Virus record (IMG/VR): IMGVR_UViG_3300028786_000001
Location: 1 to 61,492 of that record
DNA length: 61,492 nucleotides
Reading direction: 5' to 3' (one strand)
Source of the DNA: a virus
Shown: positions 21,934 through 31,709 of the stretch, piece after piece
Layout of the letters: each line of letters opens with the position of its first letter
How positions within the stretch are numbered: the stretch's first letter is position 1
The notes under the pieces: generated by a model
Seen by the model: the letters and a program-made list of their open reading frames with translations, nothing else
Told to the model about the DNA's origin: nothing
The model's database searches: none
Translations under genes and position numbers: made by a program

Positions 21934-24342
21934 ATGGCATCCACACCGACTTATGACGGACTGCTCCAAATTTCGTTTGGGCGTTCCCGTTGGGAAACGA
22001 ATTGGAAGAATACAGAAATAGCATGGTCAGACCTTTTAAAACGGCTATCCAAGACCACTCCTACCTCCGAAACCTACGATGAATACATGAGCTTCACCCC
22101 GAAGCTACAAGATGAAAAGAAGGACGTGGGGGGCTTCGTAGGGGGTATCATCAACAAGGGGAGACGGTTATCGACAAACATCACTTCCAGACACCTCCTT
22201 ACGCTCGATATAGACTTTGGCGGGAAAGATTTTTGGACGGAAGTCATTATGGCCTTCCCCAATGCTGCTGCGATCTATGGAACCCATAAGCACCATCCGA
22301 CACATCCACGCTACCGGTTAGTCATGCCCTTAAGCCGGCAGGTCTTTGCGGACGAATATCAGGCCATTGCCAGGAAGGTCGCGGAGACCTTGGATATAGA
22401 GGTCTTCGATATTACCACTTACCAGCCTGAACGATTGATGTACTGGCCTTCCACTCCGAAGGATCAGCCGTACTATTATGAATGGCATGACGGGCCTTGG
22501 TTAGACGCTGATGCCGTGTTAGGCCAGTACATTGACTGGACCGACGTATCACAGTGGCCGATCTCTAAACGGGAGAGAGCCAAGGTATCGAAGATGGGGG
22601 AGAAGCAGGGAGAGCCTACAGAGAAGCCGGGAGTGGTAGGGGCCTTCTGTCGCTGTTATTCGATCACAGAGGCCCTGGAAACCTATCTGTCGGACGTATA
22701 CGCGCCTACAGCGGACGGAGAACGGTGGAGCTTCATAGCCGGGTCTACGTCCGGGGGCCTTGTCTTATATGAAGATAAATGGGCCTTTAGCCATCACGGG
22801 ACCGATCCGATCAGTGGACGGCTCTGCAATGCCTTCGATCTGGTGCGGCACCATAAGTTTGGTAAGCTGGATGATGAAAGTGTAGCCAAGGATACGCCTG
22901 TACACAAACGACCGTCCCATTTAGCGATGGAAGAGTTTGCTATGAAGGACAAACGTGTAAGCGTTGATCTGCTTACTAAACGTATGACTGATACGGCATC
23001 TGATTTTGCAGATATAGATTTCACGGATGCTGAAAATACGGACTGGTTAAAGAAGCTGGAAGTAGATAAGAAAGGACGTGTGTTATGTACATCACCTAAT
23101 ATCGTTATCATTTTAGAAAATGACCCTAATTTAAAAGGTTGTTTTAAGTATAATTTATTTGAAAATAGAGAAGTTGCCTGTAGAGATTTACCGTGGAGAA
23201 CTATAAAGAAATATGGTGACTTCTTAGAGGATAGTGACGATGCCGCATTTAGGGTGTACTTAGAACGTAACTATAGTATTGTATCCACTGGTAAAGCGTC
23301 TGATGCATTTAGATATTATATGCTTTCACATCAGTACCACCCGATCAAGGAATATTTTGCTAGGATAGGGTGGGATGGTGAGGCTAGACTTGACACTTTA
23401 TTAATTGATTTCTTCGGCGCTGAAGATAATGAATATGTTCGGGCTGTTACGCGGAAATGCTTTGTTGCAGCCGTCGCCCGTGTGCATATTCCTGGTATTA
23501 AATACGACAATATATTAACGCTAGTAGGGCCGCAAGGGATTGGTAAAAGTTGGTTTATCGGTAAAATGGGCATGTTCTGGTATTCAGATACCTTTTCCCT
23601 TCATAATATAAAGGAAGCAATGGAACAATTGCAGGGAGTTTGGATCATGGAAATTGCTGAAATGGCTGCATTTAAGAAAGCTGATATAGATGCTGTCAAA
23701 CAGTTCACCGCTTCTCAAACCGACCGGTTTAGAGTGGCTTACGGCAAACGGACCGCTTCCTTTCCCCGACAGATAATATTTATCGGCAATACAAATAAGG
23801 ATGATTTTCTGACCGATCAAACAGGGAATAGACGTTTTTGGGCAGTAAAATTAGACCCGAAAGCTGCAACCAAAAATGTTTACAAAGAGCTTACCCCTGG
23901 CTTCGTCAATCAAGTTTGGGCGGAGGCACTTCATTATTATCATGAGGGGGAGGAGCTTTTTTTGAACGTGGAAACCGAATCGATAGCTAAGGATGTGCAG
24001 GAATCACATATGGAACAAGACCCTCGGCAGGAAACTATTGAGACCTATCTTGCCAAACCCCTGGCCTTCGATTGGGCTGAACGATCCATATTTGAGCGCC
24101 GGGCATGGCTGGAAAGTCCTAGCGATTGGTTAGCGGAGGGATCATTTCAGCGGGTTAAAGTGTCGCCCATCGAAGTATGGTGTGAGGCATTCGGAAAGCT
24201 GGAAGCAGATGCTTCCTATTACAATACCCGGTTTATCAGAGACTATTTAGCCAAACACCCGCATTGGGAAAAACGAGTTATTAGGACGTGGCACTACGGT
24301 TCGCAGCGCGGATTCGTAACCAAAGGGTGGGATATGCTGTAA
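21934..24342 (+). CDS. VirE-family primase/helicase (802 aa)
   Basis: P-loop LVGPQGIGKSWF, the FIGNTN..TGNRRFW motif typical of VirE/P4-type proteins, and a large N-terminal primase-like region. Confidence 0.75.
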   Translation: MASTPTYDGLLQISFGRSRWETNWKNTEIAWSDLLKRLSKTTPTSETYDEYMSFTPKLQDEKKDVGGFVGGIINKGRRLSTNITSRHLLTLDIDFGGKDFWTEVIMAFPNAAAIYGTHKHHPTHPRYRLVMPLSRQVFADEYQAIARKVAETLDIEVFDITTYQPERLMYWPSTPKDQPYYYEWHDGPWLDADAVLGQYIDWTDVSQWPISKRERAKVSKMGEKQGEPTEKPGVVGAFCRCYSITEALETYLSDVYAPTADGERWSFIAGSTSGGLVLYEDKWAFSHHGTDPISGRLCNAFDLVRHHKFGKLDDESVAKDTPVHKRPSHLAMEEFAMKDKRVSVDLLTKRMTDTASDFADIDFTDAENTDWLKKLEVDKKGRVLCTSPNIVIILENDPNLKGCFKYNLFENREVACRDLPWRTIKKYGDFLEDSDDAAFRVYLERNYSIVSTGKASDAFRYYMLSHQYHPIKEYFARIGWDGEARLDTLLIDFFGAEDNEYVRAVTRKCFVAAVARVHIPGIKYDNILTLVGPQGIGKSWFIGKMGMFWYSDTFSLHNIKEAMEQLQGVWIMEIAEMAAFKKADIDAVKQFTASQTDRFRVAYGKRTASFPRQIIFIGNTNKDDFLTDQTGNRRFWAVKLDPKAATKNVYKELTPGFVNQVWAEALHYYHEGEELFLNVETESIAKDVQESHMEQDPRQETIETYLAKPLAFDWAERSIFERRAWLESPSDWLAEGSFQRVKVSPIEVWCEAFGKLEADASYYNTRFIRDYLAKHPHWEKRVIRTWHYGSQRGFVTKGWDML

Positions 24343-24586
24343 CTTTTGAGATTTTAAAAAATCTCAGGTTACGGGTTACAAACCGAAAAAACGGGTTGTA
24401 ATCGAAAGTAATCGCTGAAACCCTTACCCATACTATATAGTTACATTATTACTTTATATAGTATAGTATAGGTATATAAAAGGGAAATAAGGGGTAGTAT
24501 TAAGGGTATACCATTAATATACCCTTAATATCCTTTAATCGCTATCAAGTGTATAGGAACAGGGTGTCGTAACGAAACTTGTAATT
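24343..24586. other. candidate origin of replication
   Basis: Non-coding 244 bp with ACGGGTT(A/G)(C/T)AA repeats 20 bp apart (24371, 24391), an AT-rich tract at 24429-24480, and a perfect 12-bp inverted repeat ATTAAGGGTATA/TATACCCTTAAT (24499-24529). Confidence 0.4.
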
Positions 24587-24901
24587 ATGGCAGGTGAAAA
24601 GAATCTCGAAGATCGGTTTATCAGGCAGGCAAAGCTAAGAGGTTTGAAGCCGATAAAGTTTACGGCGGACGGTGAGACCGGGATGCCGGACCGGGTGCTT
24701 TTGGGCGATCACCCCCTGGTTTGGTGGGCAGAGATCAAAACGACGAAGAAGACAGCCAGCAAGCGCCAACAGTTCGTGCATAAGGAGTTTGCTGGGCGCA
24801 ACTGGAAGGTATGGCTGATAGATACGAATGAATTATTAGATGAATTCTTTAAAGAAGTAGACAATGATATTCGATCCGCACGCTTATCAGGCACACGCTA
24901 G
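24587..24901 (+). CDS. VRR-NUC domain nuclease
   Basis: GMPDRVLL..WWAEIKTTKKTASKRQQ pattern (PD..(E)xK with a conserved Q). Confidence 0.7.
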   Translation: MAGEKNLEDRFIRQAKLRGLKPIKFTADGETGMPDRVLLGDHPLVWWAEIKTTKKTASKRQQFVHKEFAGRNWKVWLIDTNELLDEFFKEVDNDIRSARLSGTR

Positions 24902-26273
24902 AAAGCACTTATTTGATAATCCATTTGCCGGGTTGTTTATGGATATGGGCATGGGTAAAACGGCTATCACTTTGACACATATAGATGATGTAGTGTATGG
25001 AGAAATGGACGTGTCAAAAGTATTAATAATAGCGCCTAAGAAAGTGGCAGAAGTAGTATGGACAGATGAAAGGGATAAGTGGGATCATACCCGCCATTTG
25101 CGTACGTCTGTAGTCTTAGGGAATGTGAATGAACGATTGGCAGCATTGAAGGTAAAAGCAGATATCTATATCATTAACCGGGAAAATGTGCAATGGTTAG
25201 TCACTCACTACGCGTCCGCTTGGCCATTTGATATGGTGATCTTTGATGAATCCAGCAGTTTTAAAAATCCTTCGTCCCAACGGTTTAAGGCGATCCGAAT
25301 GATCTTACCAAAAGTGAAACGGCGAATTATATTAACGGGTACGCCCTCGCCTAATGGTTTACCTGATCTGTGGGCACAATTGTATTTATTGGATATGGGA
25401 GAGCGGTTAGGAAAGACGATAACTTATTACCGGAATGAGTTTCTAAAACCGTTGAAGATGAAGGGTCATATAGTGTATAAGTATGGTGTTAAAGATGATC
25501 AGACAAAGCAACTTATTTATGATAAGATAGGTGACTTATGTATAAGCATGAAGGCAAAAGATTATCTTGATCTGCCTGAACGGAAAGACATATTATATAA
25601 GGTTAAGCTGTCGAAGGAAATGATGAAGCGATATGAAGAGTTTGAAGAGACAGAAGTGCTTACATTATTGGAAGAAGGACAAGGTGAAATAAGCGCGCCT
25701 AATCGTGCTGCATTAATAGGTAAATTATTACAATTTGCCAATGGTGCTATCTATATGCCGGAAATTAATATCGATGGCAAACTAGTTAAGGAATGGGTGC
25801 ATATACATGATGAAAAGTTAGACGCGTTGGAAGAAATAATAGAAGCCGCAAATGGTGAGCCGGTGCTGGTGTTTTATCAGTATAAACATGATTTGGAGCG
25901 GATACAGAAACGATTTGGTGGGAAGAAGTATGAGGGTAAAAAGGACTTCGATGCCTGGAATAGGGGTGAAATCCCTTTATTGTTGGCTCACCCGGCGAGT
26001 GTGGCGTATGGGCTTAATATGCAGGCAGGGGGTTGCATAATCGTCTGGTTCGGCCCCACGTATAATCTTGAATTGGTACAGCAGGGGATCGCCCGATTAG
26101 ATCGGCAGGGGCAGCTAAAGCCTGTTATGAACTACACACTGGCTTGCCCTGACACGGAAGACATAAGTGCAGTGATTGCCATTGAGAATAAGACAGGGAT
26201 GCAGGAAGCCCTATTAGAAGCTGTCAAGGCTAAGGTAGAAAAAGTGAAGGCCAAATATCATTTAAATTACTAA
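24864..26273 (+). CDS. SNF2-family helicase
   Basis: GMGKT Walker A, DESSSFKN motif II, LTGTPSPN, and the C-terminal helicase motif GIARLDRQGQ. Confidence 0.85.
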   Translation: MIFDPHAYQAHARKHLFDNPFAGLFMDMGMGKTAITLTHIDDVVYGEMDVSKVLIIAPKKVAEVVWTDERDKWDHTRHLRTSVVLGNVNERLAALKVKADIYIINRENVQWLVTHYASAWPFDMVIFDESSSFKNPSSQRFKAIRMILPKVKRRIILTGTPSPNGLPDLWAQLYLLDMGERLGKTITYYRNEFLKPLKMKGHIVYKYGVKDDQTKQLIYDKIGDLCISMKAKDYLDLPERKDILYKVKLSKEMMKRYEEFEETEVLTLLEEGQGEISAPNRAALIGKLLQFANGAIYMPEINIDGKLVKEWVHIHDEKLDALEEIIEAANGEPVLVFYQYKHDLERIQKRFGGKKYEGKKDFDAWNRGEIPLLLAHPASVAYGLNMQAGGCIIVWFGPTYNLELVQQGIARLDRQGQLKPVMNYTLACPDTEDISAVIAIENKTGMQEALLEAVKAKVEKVKAKYHLNY

Positions 26274-26284
26274 AACCAAATAAA

Positions 26285-26563
26285 ATGAGAACTGTAGCAA
26301 TTATTAGCATGTGTATTTTATTGATAGGTGCGATGGTGATCACTTACCAGGAGCAACGGCTGTACAATGCGTTTTCAGACCATTCACGCATACCTGACAG
26401 TGTGCGGAAAGATACAGTGCTTATTATCGATAGTTCGCGGTATTACCGGCAGGGAAGCCCGGAGACGGATAGTTTATATGAGTTATACAGGGATAGCACC
26501 CTGTACAGAGATAGCATAATGATAGAGCACGCGATCAAAGATCGGGCAATGCGCATAAACTGA
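26285..26563 (+). CDS. hypothetical membrane-anchored protein (92 aa)
   Basis: N-terminal TM helix VAIISMCILLIGAMVITY. Confidence 0.5.
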   Translation: MRTVAIISMCILLIGAMVITYQEQRLYNAFSDHSRIPDSVRKDTVLIIDSSRYYRQGSPETDSLYELYRDSTLYRDSIMIEHAIKDRAMRIN

Positions 26564-26812
26564 AATCGTGCGTATTACCTGGAAAATGTACCATACGCAT
26601 GATTTCGATTCATGCGCATGATATTATCAATCAGTTTATAAAGCATTGATAGCTAATATGTTGTAACGCTACTTAACATAATGTTAGAAATAATTAAGGC
26701 CGGCTGAGCGTGAAAAACCGCGAATGATCCAACGCCATTTCCGGAAAAATGTACCATAAAAAATAAATTTGGTACTGTTAAAATAAATAATTATACTTGC
26801 AAAATAATAGGC

Positions 26813-26989
26813 ATGACCATGCAAAATGAGAATAAACACACCATTGAGTATGTCAAACGACAGGCTAAAAAGTTAAAGAAGCTAAATAACATAACGCATA
26901 CACAAGCATTAGAATTAACGGCTAAATCTTTAGGATTTACTAGCTACACTCATTGCCTTAATACATTAACTAATACACATAACAAATGA
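26813..26989 (+). CDS. small protein (58 aa) translationally coupled to the next gene
   Basis: Own translation MTMQNENKHTIEYVKRQAKKLKKLNNITHTQALELTAKSLGFTSYTHCLNTL...; ATGA overlap at 26986-26989; TATACTTG box at 26792-26799. Confidence 0.45.
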   Translation: MTMQNENKHTIEYVKRQAKKLKKLNNITHTQALELTAKSLGFTSYTHCLNTLTNTHNK

Positions 26990-28002
26990 AAGAACGTTTC
27001 ATGAAACGACGGCTTACCGGCACCATTAACATAGCCTGTAAGTACGATGACGGTTCCGTCCGCTGGTGGTCTGCTGATAAGGCAGAAATAGTGCAACATA
27101 TTGTTGACATTGTTGAACAATATATGGAAATGGGATACACATTATCCCTACGACAATTGCACTATAGATTAGTGGCTAAGAACTGGATCATTAACCATCA
27201 GACAGCTTATAAGAAGTTAGGTAATATACTAGACGATTGTCGGTATGCAGGTATTGTAGACTGGGATGCAATTGCGGATCGCGGACGTGTACCGTTCTTG
27301 CCTTATTCTGTTGACAGTATTGCCGAAGCCTTAGAGGATACACACAATCAATATCGCCGGGATCGACAGGCGAACCAGGAAGCAGCTATTGAGCTATGGA
27401 CGGAGAAAGATGCACTATCTGATATCTTGCGTCGAAGCACTGTCAAATATCACGTACGCTTATGCGTTAATAAAGGATATACATCATCGTCTGCGATCTA
27501 TGAAGCGTATAACCGTATAATAGATAACATACGGGCGCAACGTTTCACTCACATCCTTTATTTCGGTGATCATGATCCTAGTGGCTTAGACATGGTAAGA
27601 GATATCCGCGAAAGATTGTCTTACATGATCGAGAACGGCAGATTTCAAAAAGCCGGGCTGACTGCTTCCGATTGCTTTGAAGTACGGCATATCGGTTTGA
27701 CTAAACGACAAGTAGATCAATATAAATTACCACCTAACCCGGCTAAGATGACCGATACCAGGGCGGATAAATACATCGCTCAATTTGGTAAGATATGTTG
27801 GGAAGTGGATGCATTAGAGCCGCCTGTATTAACGCAGATCATTGAAACTAATATCACTAGCATAATTGAAGTGAGTAAGTTTGAACAGATGTTAGTAACA
27901 GAGAAAGCAGAACGCGCCGAACTTCGGGTATTGATTACTAAGTACGGCGGCGATGCAGATAATCTTTCTGATCCGGATGATCAAGAAATCGATGAAGATT
28001 AA
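26986..28002 (+). CDS. Topo VI-A/Spo11-like protein (winged helix + Toprim)
   Basis: LSLRQLHYRLV (WHD with candidate catalytic Tyr), WTEKDAL, ILYFGDHDPSGLDM (Toprim DxD-type), WEVDALEP. Confidence 0.5.
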   Translation: MKERFMKRRLTGTINIACKYDDGSVRWWSADKAEIVQHIVDIVEQYMEMGYTLSLRQLHYRLVAKNWIINHQTAYKKLGNILDDCRYAGIVDWDAIADRGRVPFLPYSVDSIAEALEDTHNQYRRDRQANQEAAIELWTEKDALSDILRRSTVKYHVRLCVNKGYTSSSAIYEAYNRIIDNIRAQRFTHILYFGDHDPSGLDMVRDIRERLSYMIENGRFQKAGLTASDCFEVRHIGLTKRQVDQYKLPPNPAKMTDTRADKYIAQFGKICWEVDALEPPVLTQIIETNITSIIEVSKFEQMLVTEKAERAELRVLITKYGGDADNLSDPDDQEIDED

Positions 28003-28024
28003 TAATCACTAAAATATAAACACC

Positions 28025-28270
28025 ATGTTAAAATTAAAAGCCATGTTCGCTTTACTACTCGCTAAACGCTGGTATGTAGCAACTGAATCAAGATTGCAAA
28101 AGGATCATCGCGTTATTTCACGTATGCGTTACTGTCAGCATATACAGGCTATAATAGAACAGGATGCATTTTTAATGATGCAGAGAGAAGTAGATGAAAA
28201 AGTAAAAGAAGATTTAAGTAGTATAGCGGATAATTTTCACCGATTATTCGATAAGGTAGATAAGAATTAA
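28025..28270 (+). CDS. hypothetical protein (81 aa)
   Basis: ORF track. Confidence 0.5.
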   Translation: MLKLKAMFALLLAKRWYVATESRLQKDHRVISRMRYCQHIQAIIEQDAFLMMQREVDEKVKEDLSSIADNFHRLFDKVDKN

Positions 28271-28276
28271 AACAAT

Positions 28277-28303
28277 AAAGCCCGGATCAACCGGGCTTTT
28301 TTT
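28277..28303. terminator. bidirectional terminator between convergent arms
   Basis: AAAGCCCGG-ATCAA-CCGGGCTTTTTTT. Confidence 0.8.
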
Positions 28304-29006
28304 ATCGTTTAAACGCTGCTGTTAGAATATTCTTTCTGTGATCCCGCGGCTTACGTATTGCGTCTTCTAAGTTAGATAGGCCAATGCATTTCCATCCATA
28401 CATTTTCATGGTTCTTCTAAGGCTATTATGATCAAAATGAAATAAGTGTTCATTGGGCTTACGATGGTGCCAATTAGTGAACCATGTAATAGCTTTTTCA
28501 GTAATAAATTCAGTTGGCGAATGCAATGAATTAAAATGGCAGTAAGGTAGTGATATTGCAATCATGTCTGCGTTTATATCAGCTACAAAACTAAGGTCCG
28601 GGAAATGTTCAAGACAATCCCAAAAAGTCATTACACTTAATGGTAATGATATAGCTTCTTTTGCGCTTACTTCAGTAACACCAGGAGGGGCGGGAACATG
28701 AGATACATCAGACCCATACACTAACTCTATTTCAGTTGAAGTTATGACATGCTTAAGGAAAGCGCCATTGCCGTATCCACAGTCAAGTAAAGAAGTAATG
28801 GGGCCGTCATACATTGCTTCAACAAATCCCAGACGTAACCGCTGAAGGGCTAAGGACCGCTGTTCGTATTGAAGATTATCGTAAGTAGCTACATACGTTT
28901 TATCGTAAACGTATGGAACAGGATATAATTGTTTGATCACTCCGTTATGATCGCGGACATACTTTGTTTCTGTGTTGTCTTTTTCTTTGATAATAAAATG
29001 ATTCAT
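28302..29006 (-). CDS. class I SAM-dependent methyltransferase
   Basis: Motif I LLDCGYGNGAFL; later FWDCLEHFPD, typical of Methyltransf_23-like sugar/small-molecule methyltransferases. Confidence 0.65.
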   Translation of the reverse strand: MNHFIIKEKDNTETKYVRDHNGVIKQLYPVPYVYDKTYVATYDNLQYEQRSLALQRLRLGFVEAMYDGPITSLLDCGYGNGAFLKHVITSTEIELVYGSDVSHVPAPPGVTEVSAKEAISLPLSVMTFWDCLEHFPDLSFVADINADMIAISLPYCHFNSLHSPTEFITEKAITWFTNWHHRKPNEHLFHFDHNSLRRTMKMYGWKCIGLSNLEDAIRKPRDHRKNILTAAFKR

Positions 29007-29020
29007 TGACGTAAAGATTT

Positions 29021-29058
29021 AAAAAATAAAAAGGTCAGTTCGGCTTGCACCGCTGACC
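29021..29058 (-). terminator. intrinsic terminator
   Basis: Minus strand GGUCAG-N14-CUGACC followed by UUUUUAUUUUUU. Confidence 0.55.
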
Positions 29059-29088
29059 TCTAAGGGTTCTAAAACTGAAGGTAGATAA

Positions 29089-29478
29089 TTAATCGATATA
29101 AAACTCTACATGATCAATACCGCCTCCTGTACGGTACTTACTAAAATCTTCGTTTATAATTTCGTCATGTTTCTCACAGTCTTTTGTTATAAGTTCCCTC
29201 CATTCCGCACGCAGCGTTACAGGGATCATATACCAATGGCTACTATTGTCCTGAGTGAAAAAATACTTAGCACGTTCTTTCCCCATCACATAGGCGATAA
29301 GATCGTCGGCTTCTTTTAAAGTGTAACGACTAACACCTCTATCAATGTTAGATTTAATAACTTGTTCAATAGCCCATTTACGTAGGGCTTCTTCATCACG
29401 AAACATAGCTTTAACTTCTGCTGCTTCTTTCTTTAGCTTATTCAGATCGAATATGCTTTCAATAAATTCTTTTGACAT
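29089..29478 (-). CDS. hypothetical protein (129 aa)
   Basis: ORF track. Confidence 0.55.
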   Translation of the reverse strand: MSKEFIESIFDLNKLKKEAAEVKAMFRDEEALRKWAIEQVIKSNIDRGVSRYTLKEADDLIAYVMGKERAKYFFTQDNSSHWYMIPVTLRAEWRELITKDCEKHDEIINEDFSKYRTGGGIDHVEFYID

Positions 29479-29498
29479 AGTTTTACTAATTTATGAGG

Positions 29499-30251
29499 CT
29501 ACAAAATGTGTTCGTTCGGTGTGTAGAATAGCGTGTTAGTTTTTCCTGGCTTTACTTCCAACCAATAGGGTTTACCTAAGCCTTGTGCTATAGTTAAGGC
29601 AACACCTTGATTACAGAATAATCTTCTGCTATATGCGATAGCGGTAGCCATATCTAGCAAGTCTTTTGTCCATAAAGGATTTAAATCGATACCTTCATTC
29701 ATACCATTTATAAAATCATTGGCATGTCCTATGAAATATGTATTGGTCCAGTCAAGGCTATGTTTTTCCATTACATTAACCCATTTAATGGGAGAGTTAT
29801 CACGCCATCTTGCTGTAAGGAATAGTAGATTCGGTTTGTACCTAGTAGAACGATGTGTTATTTCAGATAAAACTTTCCATTCGTCAAATCCATGCAAGAA
29901 AGGACGATTCCATCCGTCACTATAGCAACGATAGTGTAGCATCATATTTCTAATAATATGCACACGATCACGGCCAGGACGTACACGCCATTCATCAAAG
30001 TTATAATGAAAGGATAGTGAGGGATCGAATTGATTAAAACCTAACGGCTTACCGTCTATAGCAGCAAGGGTAGGTCTACATTCAAAACCTTGCGATTCGA
30101 GTAAAGGCTTAAGCGTAGTATACATTGAACCTTCACCTTCGTGGTATAGGTTTTCTTTTACGTAAACTAAGTCAACGCCCAATTTACGAAATACTGGAAT
30201 GGCATAAACGCAATCGCCTACGCCTCCCGTTATAACTGCTGACTTGCCCAT
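29499..30251 (-). CDS. glycosyltransferase, GT9 (heptosyltransferase)-like
   Basis: N-terminal AVITGGVGDCVYAIPVFRKLG resembles the GxxGD loop of GT9 enzymes. Shorter than typical GT9 enzymes. Confidence 0.4.
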   Translation of the reverse strand: MGKSAVITGGVGDCVYAIPVFRKLGVDLVYVKENLYHEGEGSMYTTLKPLLESQGFECRPTLAAIDGKPLGFNQFDPSLSFHYNFDEWRVRPGRDRVHIIRNMMLHYRCYSDGWNRPFLHGFDEWKVLSEITHRSTRYKPNLLFLTARWRDNSPIKWVNVMEKHSLDWTNTYFIGHANDFINGMNEGIDLNPLWTKDLLDMATAIAYSRRLFCNQGVALTIAQGLGKPYWLEVKPGKTNTLFYTPNEHIL

Positions 30252-31114
30252 TACAATATGCCACTTTGATCAGCGAATACGTTGAATGCACCTTGCGGAG
30301 TGTCCGGTAATAAGGCAATATACTGATGGTTCTTTATCCTATCCAATTCCGCCCATGCATACATCATGTCCTTCAAATGGTAAGGATAGAACATCATGGT
30401 TTTTTTATGCAGTGTTTCGTTAAGAATGGAAAGTCCGGATGGAAAGCCGATGAAATAATCGAGTGATCGCAATAACTCAATTACATAGCCAAGGTTACGT
30501 CCAATAGTATCCACAAACGGAATATGATTCTCTTCTAACAACTGCATTAAGTTCTTAGAGAGATCAATATCCCACTGAGCGCCGATGATATAAAATACAG
30601 CTTCAGGTTTTTCGGCATATATCTTTTGAATAAAATCAAACCATTGCCGTTCATTCCATAAGCCCCATTGCCTCGATGTATTATAAGCAGATGTATAAAT
30701 GCCAATACATAAGTCAGGCATCAGTTGGTTTTCTCGATAAAAGTTAGCTCCGTCCTGGCCTGTCATATAAGGAAGCTCAAATGTTATTTTCAGATCAGGT
30801 AAAAACTCTTCTATCCGTCGCCCCTGTTCCAAATGATGATTACAGGAAAGTGAAAAAGATTTTTCGTCAATCGAAGCCCATGTAGCCGTATCATATTGCT
30901 TCGATGTTTCACGTATTGTTTTGTAACTAAGGCCCGGCACGTATTCACAACTGTTAGTGACTTGTGGAAGCATATCGAATATCTGCTTACCGCGTTGCGG
31001 AAAGCCATCGCTAAGATGGAAATCGAACTTTTCACCGGTATTTATCAGCTTCATTAGTATCCACGCGCAATCCCCGATTCCTGCATTAGTTCTTATCAAA
31101 CGATGTGTTTCCAT
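30251..31114 (-). CDS. glycosyltransferase, GT9 (heptosyltransferase)-like
   Basis: N-terminal LIRTNAGIGDCAWILMKL, the same loop as the neighbouring gene; its stop overlaps the neighbouring start. Confidence 0.4.
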   Translation of the reverse strand: METHRLIRTNAGIGDCAWILMKLINTGEKFDFHLSDGFPQRGKQIFDMLPQVTNSCEYVPGLSYKTIRETSKQYDTATWASIDEKSFSLSCNHHLEQGRRIEEFLPDLKITFELPYMTGQDGANFYRENQLMPDLCIGIYTSAYNTSRQWGLWNERQWFDFIQKIYAEKPEAVFYIIGAQWDIDLSKNLMQLLEENHIPFVDTIGRNLGYVIELLRSLDYFIGFPSGLSILNETLHKKTMMFYPYHLKDMMYAWAELDRIKNHQYIALLPDTPQGAFNVFADQSGIL

Positions 31115-31647
31115 GATTTATTATTTTTAATGTTCCAAATATTTCCAGGACGTACGTTAAACATTGCTGCTAGCATGTTATCGGAATAAGTAGATGCACG
31201 TATATAACGCACATCATCAGCAGTCAATTTTCTTTTTGTATTTAAGCCCATATCCAGTGCATGTAATTGATTATTTGAATAGCTTATCCATTCTAATTCG
31301 TGAAATCTGTTATCCCATTTTAGACCTTTCTTATGGTTTACAGCAGGCAAGTTAAAAGGATTAGCTATGAATTCTTTTGCTACTAATATATGAACTGATT
31401 TAGTTAAAGTAAAAGCATTAACACTTAAATTTATAGATGTGTATTTTCCTTTTCTAAATTTTAAACTTAGTACTTTACTTGCAATAAATTTTTTATTATC
31501 ACCAAAAGAAGTCCATCTATCTAACGATTTAATCCTCCCCATATTACTTACTTCATAATGTTCCGGGCATTCAGATATAGGTTTCCAAATTTCATTTACG
31601 TCATCGAAAGAATATGAACCGTCTTTAGATTGGATAGTTATTACCAT
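31096..31647 (-). CDS. NUMOD4 + HNH homing endonuclease
   Basis: WKPISECPEHYEVSNMGRIKS (NUMOD4) and HILVAKEFIANP..VNHKKGLKWDNRFHELEWISYSNNQLH (HNH_3). Confidence 0.85.
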   Translation of the reverse strand: MVITIQSKDGSYSFDDVNEIWKPISECPEHYEVSNMGRIKSLDRWTSFGDNKKFIASKVLSLKFRKGKYTSINLSVNAFTLTKSVHILVAKEFIANPFNLPAVNHKKGLKWDNRFHELEWISYSNNQLHALDMGLNTKRKLTADDVRYIRASTYSDNMLAAMFNVRPGNIWNIKNNKSWKHIV

Positions 31648-31709
31648 AAGTTTAAAAATAAAGCTGGTGATTATTCACCACCAGCCTTACAGATTTAGAA
31701 GTATTGAAA

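Noticed and set aside
24345-24370. Hairpin GAGATT-TTAAAA-AATCTC after the primase-helicase gene as a terminator
   Set aside because: It is a weak 6-bp AT-rich stem with no U-run. It is treated as part of the origin-like intergenic region.
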